Made by a program: the position numbers and the translations under genes
Shown here: piece by piece, positions 35,839 to 47,900 of the stretch
How the letters are laid out: each line of letters begins with the position of its first letter
Numbering within the stretch: the first letter of the stretch is position 1
Notes under the pieces: model-generated
The model's input: only the letters and a program-made list of their open reading frames with translations
Told to the model about the DNA's origin: nothing
Database searches by the model: none
DNA from: Monocercomonoides exilis PA203
Lineage: Eukaryota > Protista > Preaxostyla
Assembly (NCBI GenBank): GCA_001643675.2
Contig: LSRY02000002.1
Location: forward strand, 1,240,001-1,304,000
Length of the DNA: 64,000 bases
Direction of reading: 5' to 3'

Positions 35839-36216
35839 CAGATATCGCACAAAACACCGGACAAGATCGATTTCTCAATAACCGCAAGATGAATAATTCT
35901 GATAATTTTCCTCAAAATATATCTCACCAATACAAACTCATTTGGCATATCAAACTTCTATTTTCATGAAGACTGAATTTTAAAAAAATTATTATTTGAA
36001 ATTTCGGAGAAATAGGATTTTGAGTTTTTCCGAGATTATAAAAATAATTTTCTCTGAGAACAAATGAAGCTATTTTGAAAGTCTTATATATCAAATGAGT
36101 TTGTATTGGTGAGATATATTTTGAGGAAAATTATCAGAATTATTCATCTTGCGGTTATTGAGAAATCGATCTTGTCCGGTATTTTGTGCGATGTCCGGTA
36201 TTTTATGCGATATCTG
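35839..36216. mobile_element. MITE (Tc1/mariner-type non-autonomous element), 378 bp, ~105-bp TIRs
   Basis: TA|CAGATATCGCA...TGCGATATCTG|TA. The arms 35839-35944 and ~36092-36216 are near-perfect reverse complements, with an extra 19-bp duplicated unit in the right arm. Confidence 0.85.
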
Positions 36217-36239
36217 TACTGATTGTGCCAAAAATCTTT

Positions 36240-36598
36240 CAGAAAGCAAAAAATAGCTGATGAGATTGATTTCCCACTAATTGAAAGAGAATTATTTCTG
36301 ATAATTTCCCTCCAAATAGACCTTGTCTTTTCCAACTTATAAGGCTTTCCAGACTTTCACTTTCACTTCATCTGAAAAAAATTAAAAAAAAATTTCTGAG
36401 ATGAATGAAAAATAGGATTTTGAGTTTCTCAGAGACTTCAGTAGTTGTTTTTTGTTTTATTTAGTCGAAGTGAAACTGAAAGTCTGGAAAGCCTAATAAG
36501 TTTGTTAAGATAAGGTTTGTTTGAAGATTAATTATCATATTTTTATCTCTCGCACTTATTGGGAAATCAATCTTGTCATGTATTTTTAATGTGATCTG
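36240..36598. mobile_element. Older diverged MITE of the same family
   Basis: CAG...CTG ends. Inverted arms include aacttataaggctttccagactttcactttcacttc versus its near reverse complement at ~36467-36502. It shares the core aaataggattttgagttt and the agat(t/c)gatttc(c/t)ca motif with the preceding MITE. Confidence 0.7.
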
Positions 36599-36654
36599 TT
36601 CAAGAAAGTGATGGATATGTTAAATGATGTCTCTACTGTTATTTCATAAATTAC

Positions 36655-36975
36655 TTTGACGTCTGTTATAATTGACATATGGGGGATAATACGTTCTTTC
36701 AAGCTTTTTTTGCACAAGGCATTTAAAAAATTGTATCACTCATAACTTTATTTCGCTTTCTTATATTTCTTAAAAAAATTTGATTTTCATATCCTTAAAC
36801 AAGCATCGTTGAAATCAAAACATTAAGTTTTCCAATATTTCACGAATGTCAAATAATGAACCTATTTTTAATATGTTTTTTGATGTATAAAAGTCAATGA
36901 AAAATGCACAATTTTTCAATGAAAATGCCTGAAGAAAAATATTTTGCCCCATATGTGATTATTTTTGATGTCAAA
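36655..36975. repeat. Degenerate inverted repeat, probable third MITE
   Basis: tttgacgtc...acatatgggggataat at the left mirrors attttgccccatatgt...gatgtcaaa at the right. Confidence 0.5.
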
Positions 36976-37110
36976 TTTCAACTGTCAATATTTTCGGATA
37001 GAAAATTTGTTTTGCATTTTTGGAAGTGAATATTGAAAAGTGATCGCATCGTCAACAAAATAATTGTCATGAATCCATCTCAAATATTTGAATTTGTAAC
37101 AATAGCAATT

Positions 37111-37111
<1 letters not shown>

Positions 37112-37160
<49 letters not shown>
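37112..37160. repeat. 49-nt poly(A) run
   Basis: Directly visible homopolymer. Confidence 0.9.
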
Positions 37161-37162
<2 letters not shown>

Positions 37163-38101
37163 AAATATTGATTGTCTAGCCATTTAAAAAAAAAAAAAAA
37201 ACAATAAATTCAACACTTAGAGAAAAGATATGTTTTCAAAAATAATCACCCATATACAGTACAACTTCACACACTCAAAAAAAAAAAAACGTTTTTAGAA
37301 AAAATTTGTGACTTCGGTGGAAAAGAAAAATTTAAATAAAAGAAATTCTTCAAAACAACGCTTCTAACAGTTGAAAATCTTTTTTTTTTTTGTAGAATTT
37401 TTCCAACAACATCTGATTAGTTTTTTTTTTTATTTTTTGTAATTTGAATATTTATTGAAAAACAACATAATTTTTATGCAATATGGGATTAAATACATTT
37501 GAGCCTGCGTCAATGAAAATGTGAACTTTTTTTGAACACAAAGAATACTTTTTTTAAATTAATTTAGCTTATGACAACATTGAATCAACAAGCACTAATT
37601 AAATGATATCGTTAAGAAATAAATTTTTCAAGTGATAATCATTTTTTTTTCCATTAAAAAATGAATTGGAAATTTGGTTGCAAAAATACTCAATTTGAGT
37701 TTTTTTGAGTGATAAAACTAATAACAATGTTAAATATAAAGACACATGTAGCTATGAAAAGATAAGATATTCAACATAAACATTTGCTTAACTTGAAAAC
37801 TCTCAATTGATTTTAATTAATTAAAAATATCAAAATTGAAATTTGAGTTATTCCATAATTCAATCGACCTAGTTGCTTATCAAAAACAATTTATATAAAT
37901 ATTTGAACAATTTGAAAATGCACTCTTTTATTAGGATAATAATGCAGACAGAGTGATGTGAAATGAAAATAAACACAGCGAGGTGATAATGAGACAATGA
38001 AAAATTTAGAGATGACTCAGAAATATTAAAAAATGTGTATTTAAGCAAGATTAAATTACAAGAAAGGAAAGATGCTAAATGAAATATCCAAAAGAACATT
38101 A

Positions 38102-38971
38102 TCATTTTAATTGAGATATTAACCACTGCCACCCCTCTATTTTTATGAAAATACAAAAAATAGTCAGATAACTATAACGAACATAGACAGACCTTCAACA
38201 CCACTTCCTTCAACAACAGAGCATGGCTGAATGCTCCAAGGTCGGTCTCTAATCAAATGAAGTTGAAGTTGCTATAAAACCAATTCAGAATATAAGTTTT
38301 GAATTTATTTTAAACAAAGAAAGTTAAACCTGAGAAAGCTCAGTAACAGGAAGTGCATTTTCCAAATCCATTTTATTTGCAAAGACCAGTAACGGAACTC
38401 CTTTTAATTCTGCTTCCTAAAATAGGTGTTAATTATTAACTTTGACCAAATGAAACAAACTTGCAAGACTCCATGAAGTTCAGTTCTTGCAATTGCTAAC
38501 TTGTCATGATCAGCAGCATCCACCACAAAGACAACACCATTTGTGTTTTGATAATACAATCTCCAATAAGTCCGAATATGAGTTTGTCCTCCCAAATCCC
38601 ACACTAAGTCATCAAGTGATTTCATCAACAAATATTAAATAGATAAACGTTTTGAATAAATTTATCAAAAAAGAAATTTGAACTTCTAAAAAAAAAGGAG
38701 AAAATTGTAAACTTGCAAGTTCGGATTGCCCCACTTTTACAACTTCATAATTAAAACCAAGCGTTGGTAATGCTTGAACAACAACACCGAGTTTCATTTT
38801 ATAAAGCATTGTAGTTTTTCCAGCACCATCAAGTCCAATTATGACAACTCTTGATTGATGTTTCTTTGTTTATTATTAAAAAATCAAATGAATACAATAC
38901 TATGCAATTCTTTTAAATTAGATGCAATATACCTTAAAAAATCCAAATAATTTCGCAAAAAACGCACCCAT
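38102..38971 (-). CDS. ADP-ribosylation factor family small GTPase (Arf/Arl1-like), 6 exons
   Basis: Spliced [39 protein letters not shown]...LPTLGFN...[18 protein letters not shown]...LLVFANKMD...[16 protein letters not shown] contains G1, G2, G3, G4 and Gly2. Confidence 0.93.
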
Positions 38972-39108
38972 GCGATACAGATCGCAAACAAAAAAATTTT
39001 GATCTTAACCTTCATATTTAATATTCAAACCATTGTAAATCTTTAAAGAATTATTTTTTTATTTTTTACTCCTATCATGCATTGACTCGCAAAAAAATAT
39101 AATTGCTC

Positions 39109-42100
39109 ATGCTAAAAAGAGATTTCTGCGCTATTTTTTGTTTACAGATAATTGGAATATGGATTTATACAAGTGGTTTTCTTCAATTTGGTTTTTTATC
39201 TGATAAAATAAATCATTCAAGAATATTTGCAAATGATACAAACTCTGCAGCACTTGCTTCAACCAAAAAATTTGATAGAGTTGTTGTTCTTTTGGTCGAT
39301 GCGCTTCGATATGACATGATTAACCCTTATCCTTCATTTCCACAAGAAAAAACTCCAAAATGGGTAAATAGAGTTCCAATAATCCAACAAATTTTACAAC
39401 AAAGAACATCGCAATCAATTTTATACAAGTTTCATTCGGATCCACCCACTGTAACAACACCACGCCTGAAGAGTTTAACTGTTGGCAATATTCCTTTATT
39501 TATGGACATTGGTTCTTCATTTACAAGCCCTTCAATATCATCAGACAATTTATTACTTCAACTTGCATTTAACTCAAATGGACTTTTGAGACAAAATTTC
39601 AGCGATAGTTTTGAAATGCTTCATTGTCCCACACAAAAGCGATCATTGTGGATGGCTGGAGATGATTCTTGGATAACATTGTATCCTAATAATAGAACAT
39701 CTTTGTTAGGAAAATTTCAAAATTCAAAACGAACATTAGCTAATTGCGTTGTTTGGGAAAAAACAGTTGAGATTCCTTCTTTCGACGTCAAGGATCTTGA
39801 TTCAAACGACGCTGCTGTATTTAACTTATCGCTTCCATTACTCCGTTCAATTCAACAAAGTTTGAAACGCACTTCTTATGAAACAGAAAAATTTCCTTTT
39901 GACGGACTTATTGCACATCTTCTTGGCGTTGACCACACATCGCACCAAAAAGGATTAGATAACACTAAAGTCAGTTCAAAATTAGATCAAGTGGATTCGT
40001 TTATACGTCTTCTAGTTGAAGCTATTGATGCTGAACAGGAACTCATAATTCGTGAAGCAATGCAACTTGAAAAAACGGAAAATACAAAGTTGAAAAACAT
40101 GAAATTAACACAAAATTCGCAGAATATTTCAACAAAAAATGAGCTCAAACCAAGAATGCGTCAAGGAACGCTGCTTGTTGTAATGGGAGACCATGGAATA
40201 ACTGAAGGCGGATCTCATGGCGGAGACAAAAAAGAAGAGAAAGAATCAGCACTATTTATGTATTCTCCACGTCCACTTTTGGCTCTTATGGAAAATGAAA
40301 ATGCACAAAAAAGTAAGAACAATAATAGCAGAACGAGATATACCAATGAAGGAGATTGGCAATTTCGCTCAAATGCCATTAATTCAGAAGTGAGTTTTGA
40401 CAAATCCAAAGAGAGCGTGTTAGGTGAACAACCATCTTATTTGAAGGAAGACCCACTTTTGACAAAGGATCATGCAACTTTTTCAAACGGAAGCGAATGT
40501 TGGCAGCTTATTCAGTCTTTGAAAGCAGAGTGTGAAAACGAAGAGGATGAAGAGGACTATCAGTGGATCAAGCAAGCAAAAAAATCAACATTGAAGAAAC
40601 ATCACATTGAGATCAAGAAAGAATTGAAAATCGAAGGAAAATTGAATCAAGAAAATGAGAACAGACGGAAAATTGAGATGGAAGAATTAGATCCAATATA
40701 CATCCAACAACAGCAGCATTGTCGCAGAAATGGTTCAGCTTATTCACACAACAGAAGCATATATCCGTCAGTCAGCCAAATTGACTTTGTTCCTACTCTT
40801 TCTCTTCTTCTCGGTTCGTCTGTACCACATTCAAGTGCTGGTAGGCTGATGAGCGAATGGGCAACTGTGCTTTCTTCTGAAGAAGTACTGTTTTTGCTGA
40901 AAGAAAAGGCTTTAGCAGGCCAAACATTGAAACTTGATGAAAAAACTGAACTTCAAAAAAGCAATTCTCGAATTAACGCAACTCAGATTCAGTTTGAAAA
41001 CAATGACGATAAATTAAATGAATTGTTGAACTATACTTTTTCTTCATTTGTGGCTGGAGTAACACAGCCTGCAATTGTTCCAGTGACGTATGAAACTAGC
41101 TTGGATCATGATTTCCATGCAATTCATCAGTTCGCATCAAATATGAATAAGAAAAACCTTTCAGAATTTGATGCAAATTATTTGTCTTTGAATCTATCAT
41201 TGCCTCCTAACTCGACATTAACAGGATTTTACAACTCCAGCGCAACTGCAATGCCTCGAAAGGTAGAAGAGCTTCATGTTTTGAGAAAGAGAATGCTTCC
41301 ACAGCCTCTTCTTTCGCTTGATCCGCAGTACATTCAAAAGCTGGTTGAAATGAAGTCAGAGACTTTTTATTCGCTATATCATCAACACCCCAACAATTTC
41401 ACAACATCACAAGAACAATTCACTCAAAAAGGCGAAAACGCGTCTTTGTTTGTTGATTCTTTAGCAAAGCGTGCATTAACAATGCTCGAGGAGAATCTTC
41501 AGCAACAAGTTGATTTCCTTGAAGAATACATTCAAAATCAACCCAAATCCGCACTTGCTCGATCTGTTCAACGCGAAATGTTGGTTGAAAAGGCGAAAAC
41601 TTTACTCAATATCTCTTATGCTAAAACACAGCAACACTACATGGCACTTAAAAGCGAAAAAGAATTGATTCAAAAACCAGCGCTTTATTCAACTTTTAAC
41701 TCTTCCAATCGATTTGAAAACGATAATATACTTCGATCTAATCCTTATGAAACGAATTATTTTTTCGAAAAGGATGCATATTATCATATCAGCAATATTG
41801 ATCTGATAACTCAGCTAAGACAAATTCTAAAGAAGATTCAAACTACAGTACGAAAAAGTTGGGTTCAAACAGACAGACTGAAAATGTTAGAGGGGTTTAT
41901 AATAATTGTACTGTCATTTATTGCAATATTCTGCACGGACAAAAAGGCTAAGCAGCTCGTTTTTATTGAAAAAGTGTCCAAAGATATTGAGAATATTGAT
42001 AAAGATGAAAAATTACGAATAATATCACCAACAAATTTGCAGAGCTTCTTCTCTTCGCTTCCGACGCCATTTTCTTCAACTGTGTTCTTTGTTCTGTTAC

Positions 42101-44574
42101 TCTCATTGGCATCTCAATTTGCTATCTATGTTTTTCCTTCTATGAGAATCGAAAAATTACTTAGCTTTGAAACCATTCTACAAACAAAACTAACCTCTGG
42201 TCCATTTTCTTTCTTAACTTTCATATCAAAGCAATTTCTTCAAATAGTTATAAACCTTTTGGGTTCACACACAATTTTGACAATAATAACTATTCTTTGG
42301 TCTTTATCCATCATTCGAACACCACCCAGACTCCGTTCAGTTTTACAGAATTCAATTAATGCACTTCAAATTAACTTTGGTTCGGATGATTCAGATCGTT
42401 CATCTTTTCTTCACAACTCATCAGTCAAACATTCACCTGATTATTCAAAGACAAATTCTAACATCATTGTCACTTTATTAAGCAAACTATATTGGCATCT
42501 TAATACTTTATGGATTGGCTTTTCATCAACATGCACATTTCCCAGAATATGCCTCTTTATTTTTGTTGCTCAGTCAATCTCAATGCTCACCTCGTCATTT
42601 ATTGTATTCGAGCAATACCTTCATTTTCTTTCGGTAACATTGATATCGTTTGGGTTTGCGTTTGCCTCATTCCTCATACATTTTTCAAAACAAACAAAGA
42701 ATAAAAGTTTCACAAACAGCGGATCAATAGATCAAAAAAAGGATGAATGCATTGGGATTTCTCGCTCTCGTCTCTTTATGCGGATGAACAAGTTGTTCTC
42801 TTCCCCATTCTATTGCAGCATAATTATTTTTGTTTTTTCAAGCATCATGTTAAGCACCACTGCACTTCATCCACGTGATCCTTCTTCTTCATATACAAAT
42901 TCCTTATCATCAACTTTGTTTTTACCTACCACTTCTACTGTAACTCAACTTGTGAACAAAATTCTTTTGTTTTTTATGACGCCAATCTCTAAGCAATTAT
43001 CATCGATCCTTTTTAAGTTCTTTGGTATTAAAGAAGATTCGTTTTACAGCAGCACACCGAACAAAATCGAAAACAATCATATCTTTTCAATTGTGAAAAA
43101 TGCAAAAGCTATTTTAATTACTATCATAAAATGGTTTTGGGGTTTTGTTTACACTGCAGCAGAAGCACTAATTTTGTATGTATTCGAAGTTATAATGGAA
43201 TTTATCATATGCGGATGTGAAAGAAACAAAATGAACAGCTCTAATAAATGCCAAGATAATAAACTTTCTGAAAAGAAAAAGAAAAGTGACTCAATGTCAA
43301 AAAATTCCAATATAACATCAGGAAAGCATTCTTCTCATTCCTTGAATTCCACACAAGTTCAAAGCAAAAATGAGAATTTCATTGGAAGAAAGGAGAATTC
43401 AATTACTGATGAAAATAAGTTGCCATTGATGAATGTTCTGTTTTTTGTAGCCTTTTTCTTTCATCAGATTTTGTATTCATTTAGCGTAACAGATCCATCT
43501 GGAAATGGAAATAGGATCGGATTCTTCTTTGCGATTTTCTTGTTGTTATTCACCATCATCAAATTTGTAATCTTCCCGTGCTTATTTCACAGATCCCAAC
43601 ATTCTTCTTCCTCCAATTTAACATCTGCTACCAACAGTAATTGTTCATATTTTACTCACAGCAATCCTTCTGCCAATTCAATTAGATATTTTCTTCAATT
43701 AATCATCTGTATTGGAATAAACTTTTCATTGGTCATCTTCGACAAAAAGGTTGTTGCTTCATTCATCCTTTGCTTTGGATGCGTCGTAGCCTTTTGTTCA
43801 ATTTTCCGTTCTTACATTCTAAATGGCTTATTTCATAAAACCTCTTCAGATCTCGATGACGTTGATGTTCGCGTTGATGGAGTTCAATTAATGATACAAG
43901 AGAAAGATGAAGTTTCTTCGGTGATTCAAAAGAGAATGCGTTCCACATTTCGTCCGATTGATCCATTGCCTTGCATATTCTTGTTTGCATTATCTTCTCT
44001 TCTCTTTTTCTCCACTGGCCATCATGCTGCGTTTAGCACAATCGATTTGAATACTGGATTTTTACTCAGTAGTTCGTTTGATCCTGCAAACGAACCGATT
44101 ACTTCTTTCTTTTCTGCATCGATAACGTTTTTGAACACATTTTACAGCTCTATCTTTTTTGTAACTTTCATCAAGATTTACTCACTGTGGGAATGGAGTG
44201 TAGGATCAGAAAAGTTGGCAAAAGAGCAGGAGAACTTGAAAAAGAAAGAGAAAGAAACGCCTCAAATTAACACCAAACAAACCACATCACAAAATGAATT
44301 TCCAAAATCCGATCAATATAACAATTCTGAACTTTCATTTGCTCAATCGAATATATCAGTTCCCACAATTTTTTTGCACCATGCGTCCAACAACGTAATA
44401 CATCCATATTTTGTGCTTTCAAGCATTTTGATAACATTGCCATTTCTCTGCCTTCTTCTTTTCATTGTCTTATTTCCAACTCATCCGTTCATTTTTTCTG
44501 TTTTTGCACCAAAGTATTGCTTTGCCACCATTTCACAGATTTTTACGATGCTTCTTTTGTTATTTGCTTGTTGA
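39109..44574 (+). CDS. PIGO: GPI ethanolamine-phosphate transferase 3 (PIG-O/Gpi13-like), intronless, expanded to ~1820 aa
   Basis: Motifs VVLLVDALRYD, SDPPTVTTPRLKSLTVG, GDDSW, SFDVKDL, HLLGVDH, GDHG, GGSHGG, VSQIDFVPTLSLLLG, FFSTGH and VFAPK, plus many C-terminal TM segments. The first ATG is at 39109. Confidence 0.88.
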   Translation: MLKRDFCAIFCLQIIGIWIYTSGFLQFGFLSDKINHSRIFANDTNSAALASTKKFDRVVVLLVDALRYDMINPYPSFPQEKTPKWVNRVPIIQQILQQRTSQSILYKFHSDPPTVTTPRLKSLTVGNIPLFMDIGSSFTSPSISSDNLLLQLAFNSNGLLRQNFSDSFEMLHCPTQKRSLWMAGDDSWITLYPNNRTSLLGKFQNSKRTLANCVVWEKTVEIPSFDVKDLDSNDAAVFNLSLPLLRSIQQSLKRTSYETEKFPFDGLIAHLLGVDHTSHQKGLDNTKVSSKLDQVDSFIRLLVEAIDAEQELIIREAMQLEKTENTKLKNMKLTQNSQNISTKNELKPRMRQGTLLVVMGDHGITEGGSHGGDKKEEKESALFMYSPRPLLALMENENAQKSKNNNSRTRYTNEGDWQFRSNAINSEVSFDKSKESVLGEQPSYLKEDPLLTKDHATFSNGSECWQLIQSLKAECENEEDEEDYQWIKQAKKSTLKKHHIEIKKELKIEGKLNQENENRRKIEMEELDPIYIQQQQHCRRNGSAYSHNRSIYPSVSQIDFVPTLSLLLGSSVPHSSAGRLMSEWATVLSSEEVLFLLKEKALAGQTLKLDEKTELQKSNSRINATQIQFENNDDKLNELLNYTFSSFVAGVTQPAIVPVTYETSLDHDFHAIHQFASNMNKKNLSEFDANYLSLNLSLPPNSTLTGFYNSSATAMPRKVEELHVLRKRMLPQPLLSLDPQYIQKLVEMKSETFYSLYHQHPNNFTTSQEQFTQKGENASLFVDSLAKRALTMLEENLQQQVDFLEEYIQNQPKSALARSVQREMLVEKAKTLLNISYAKTQQHYMALKSEKELIQKPALYSTFNSSNRFENDNILRSNPYETNYFFEKDAYYHISNIDLITQLRQILKKIQTTVRKSWVQTDRLKMLEGFIIIVLSFIAIFCTDKKAKQLVFIEKVSKDIENIDKDEKLRIISPTNLQSFFSSLPTPFSSTVFFVLLLSLASQFAIYVFPSMRIEKLLSFETILQTKLTSGPFSFLTFISKQFLQIVINLLGSHTILTIITILWSLSIIRTPPRLRSVLQNSINALQINFGSDDSDRSSFLHNSSVKHSPDYSKTNSNIIVTLLSKLYWHLNTLWIGFSSTCTFPRICLFIFVAQSISMLTSSFIVFEQYLHFLSVTLISFGFAFASFLIHFSKQTKNKSFTNSGSIDQKKDECIGISRSRLFMRMNKLFSSPFYCSIIIFVFSSIMLSTTALHPRDPSSSYTNSLSSTLFLPTTSTVTQLVNKILLFFMTPISKQLSSILFKFFGIKEDSFYSSTPNKIENNHIFSIVKNAKAILITIIKWFWGFVYTAAEALILYVFEVIMEFIICGCERNKMNSSNKCQDNKLSEKKKKSDSMSKNSNITSGKHSSHSLNSTQVQSKNENFIGRKENSITDENKLPLMNVLFFVAFFFHQILYSFSVTDPSGNGNRIGFFFAIFLLLFTIIKFVIFPCLFHRSQHSSSSNLTSATNSNCSYFTHSNPSANSIRYFLQLIICIGINFSLVIFDKKVVASFILCFGCVVAFCSIFRSYILNGLFHKTSSDLDDVDVRVDGVQLMIQEKDEVSSVIQKRMRSTFRPIDPLPCIFLFALSSLLFFSTGHHAAFSTIDLNTGFLLSSSFDPANEPITSFFSASITFLNTFYSSIFFVTFIKIYSLWEWSVGSEKLAKEQENLKKKEKETPQINTKQTTSQNEFPKSDQYNNSELSFAQSNISVPTIFLHHASNNVIHPYFVLSSILITLPFLCLLLFIVLFPTHPFIFSVFAPKYCFATISQIFTMLLLLFAC

Positions 44575-44960
44575 ATGTTAGTTTTTCTTTTTTAATTACA
44601 ACGTATTTTTTCATTTCCCGTAGACTTACAATGAAAAAATTGATATAATTTCATAATTTAGAGTCAGCAATGATTGGTAGAATTATCAAAGACTTTATTG
44701 GATATTCAATGCGAAATGAGGGTTTGTTGCAGGGAGATGCAGAAATCAAATTCACATTAAATGTCAAAAAAAGATGATTATTTAATTTCAACAAAAACTA
44801 ATACAAATTCATAGACACAAAATTTGAAAGCAATTTTTCAGACAAAATAATAAAGATAATAAATGCTACATATTTGAACATACTTCGCAATAAATGCAGA
44901 CATTACAAAACTTAAAACATCAAACAATAACACATCAAAATAAGACATGCAACTTGTATT

Positions 44961-47900
44961 TTAGTCATCTTCATCTGTTTTTGCATTTTGAATGCAAATT
45001 TCTAAACCTTCAATCACAAGTTGCCTAATAATCCTCTTGCACATGGATATTTGTGGGAAAAGCATTAACAGCTTTGGATCAACTTCTTTCTCACCTTTCC
45101 AACCGAAACCAATAGTTTTACTTGTTTTGACTTTTCGGTTTTTATATGGTATTTTTCTGCTTTGCAGAGAATCATCAAACTCATAGTCTTCGTAGTTTTC
45201 ATCTTCATTTACACTCTTCGTTATATTTTCTGCTCGTTTCGGAAACGAGCCACGCTTTTTAATAAGAGCAATTTTTTGAATAAACAAAACTCGAACATGG
45301 AAATGCCTAAGAGCTGTCAAGCAATTTTTCATTAGAGAATATCGGATTGGAGCTGGAACAAGGCTTTTATAATACATCAATGAAAATTCGTCACTGCTTG
45401 TATCTCCACAATCAGTTGTAATCTTTGACTTCTTTGAAGTGTGCCCTTTGTTGGTCGCAAGACTCGACAAACGAGATGTAGTCAAAGGCGACGAAACAGA
45501 GGAAGATGATGAAGAATATGTTTTTGCAGAGGTTTTGGTTAATCTGCGTGATGAAGGACGAAGTCGAGAACGTGAGGTTGTTGAAGACGGCCTTGAATAT
45601 TTTTTGGGAGGTTCATAATTCACTGAAGAGAAGAAATCTGCAATAATTTTGCTTATTTCTTCTTCTGATTTAGCAGGTTTCAAAAACTCTTTGCAAAACA
45701 GTTCTTCAGAAACTTTTCCTCCAATTATTGAGAAAGCATCACTCGATCGAGTTGATGAAGCAAGCTGTGTTTCGAAGCTTTTCTCTGTAAACGATGGTGA
45801 ACTACGATGACTGCGCTTCTTGGCATTTTGTTTTATTGAATATGAAATTGTCGATACGCCAAAGCCCAATTGTTTGGGTTCGGATTGCTCTTTGCTTGGC
45901 CGTTGCAACTGAGTTGTTGAAACTTGATATAATGTGTTGTAATCTCGTTTGTGCTTGTAATTGTGTAGGATGCTCGCCTCTTCAATGTGCCACTTTAATT
46001 TTGGCAACAAAATTATCATGCAATAATAATAATACAATAAAAATCATGTGTTAATCAACTCTGTTTTAAAGAGGATCAGAATTTATAAAAAACACACGAG
46101 TATATCAAAAGCTTCCATACGCGCATCGAGGCATTCAATATATTTCTTTGAAAGGCGTTGTGCTTGAATAACTGAAACAGTAAAACACAGTGAAGATAGA
46201 TTAAAAAATTATCAATTTATTATGCAAAAAGTTGTGTGTAAATATCCAAAAATTCAACATAATCATCTTCATATTACAAATGAATGAAAAAATACTTGCC
46301 AAACCTGCTTCGCGATAGCGCTTAATTCTAATTGTGAATAGCATCTGAGCACGAATAGTAATTAAAAAGGAATGCAAAAATTTCAAATAATCTTCGTGAA
46401 AAAGCACTCTGTGGTGAAGGACAAAGCGGCCCAGTACTCTGATTATCCATTTATTGAATAAATATAATAATGATAAACACATTTTCAATGAAACAAAGCA
46501 AAATAAAATAAAGTTAATTGAAATTTATTGAAATAAAATGGTTTCGCATCAAATTCAGACCTTGAAATCACCATCAATGACTGAATCATTTTCTTTTTCC
46601 TTGCGATTTGCTCCTGTTTGTGTTTTTCAATCAAATCCAGTTCTCTCTTTCTGATTACCTCTTCTTTAATCCAACGCCTCGACCGATCTTCGCTGAGCTG
46701 ATCAAACAGCACAGCTAGACGAGCTGATGAATACACTGCAACCATCCACCGATGAACTATATGTTTCTGCTTTGACATGCCCATGTACTCTCCTCTTCCT
46801 CCGATTGCTCTCATCTTTTCTTCATACGGTTCCTTCACAAACTTCCCACTTTCCGATTTTATCAGACGACTTCCTCCTCTTGTCGCGCTTTTTCGCACAG
46901 GAGCAAACAACAATCCAGTTTCTTTTTCTTTTTGCCTTATTTCCAGCCATTTCCTCTTCTCTCTTGCTCTTTTGTCATCTTCAGCAATACGACTAGTCAT
47001 CACTCTCACACGTGCTGCTGATATCTTCATCCTGTCTTCAGCTTCAACAGAACGAGCATTATATCGCAGTGGAGTGGTTAGTGCTTCACTTATCCTCGGA
47101 ACAGGAGTGCTTGTGAGTGCTAGCACAGGAACAATTGATGAAGGCACTTCAGTTGATTGAGAAGAACTTACAGGCAATTGCTTGGATAAAGCACTGCTCT
47201 TCAAAAATGATAGCGATGACTGCACAGATCGTGTGCTTGAAAACTGTATTCCTGGTGAAGGTGAAGGGGAAGGTGACTGGCGAGGTGTCAAAAGCCAAGA
47301 AGATTGAGTCGAGTTTCGCGTTGAACAAGACGAGGATGCCCTGTAAGTGTCTCTTGTCGCAAAAGAGGAAGAGGAAGCACGTTTGACAGAAGCACGCTCT
47401 GTTTGCATCGGTGCATGGAGCCAAATTGATGCTGGCTGCTTTGTCACCAGCGACTCATCAGTTCTGCTCGTTCTGCTCGGTGCAAAAGACGACATCGGCC
47501 GAGGAGAAAACCGAAATGCAGAAGATCGATTCAGCTCATTCGCTTCGTCTGATGTCCCAAAATTCTGAGATGTTTGCATTCCATTGATTGAAGCTGATGA
47601 CAGTGGCTCAACAAACATCAATGGCTGAACAGGAAAAGTGCGTGGCTGCGAAATTGAATCCAGAGAAAGACGGGGAACAATCTGTGAGTCACGAACAGAA
47701 GATTTGCTTCCAGCTGAAGTGATGAAAAACTGATCGTCATCACTTTCATCACCAAGATTGAGGCTTTTCTGCATCAAAGGTAGAGAAAAATACTCTTCAA
47801 TCTCTTTATCTTTATCTCTATCTTTTTCTGTTTCCTTTTCTGAATTTTCATTTTTCTCTTCAACTTTCATTTCTTGCATGGATTGGTAATTTGACAGAAC

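Noticed and set aside
37029-37171. Possible SINE (poly-A flanked by aatattga repeats)
   Set aside because: The 8-bp AT-rich match is not directly adjacent to the tail, and no Pol III boxes are visible.
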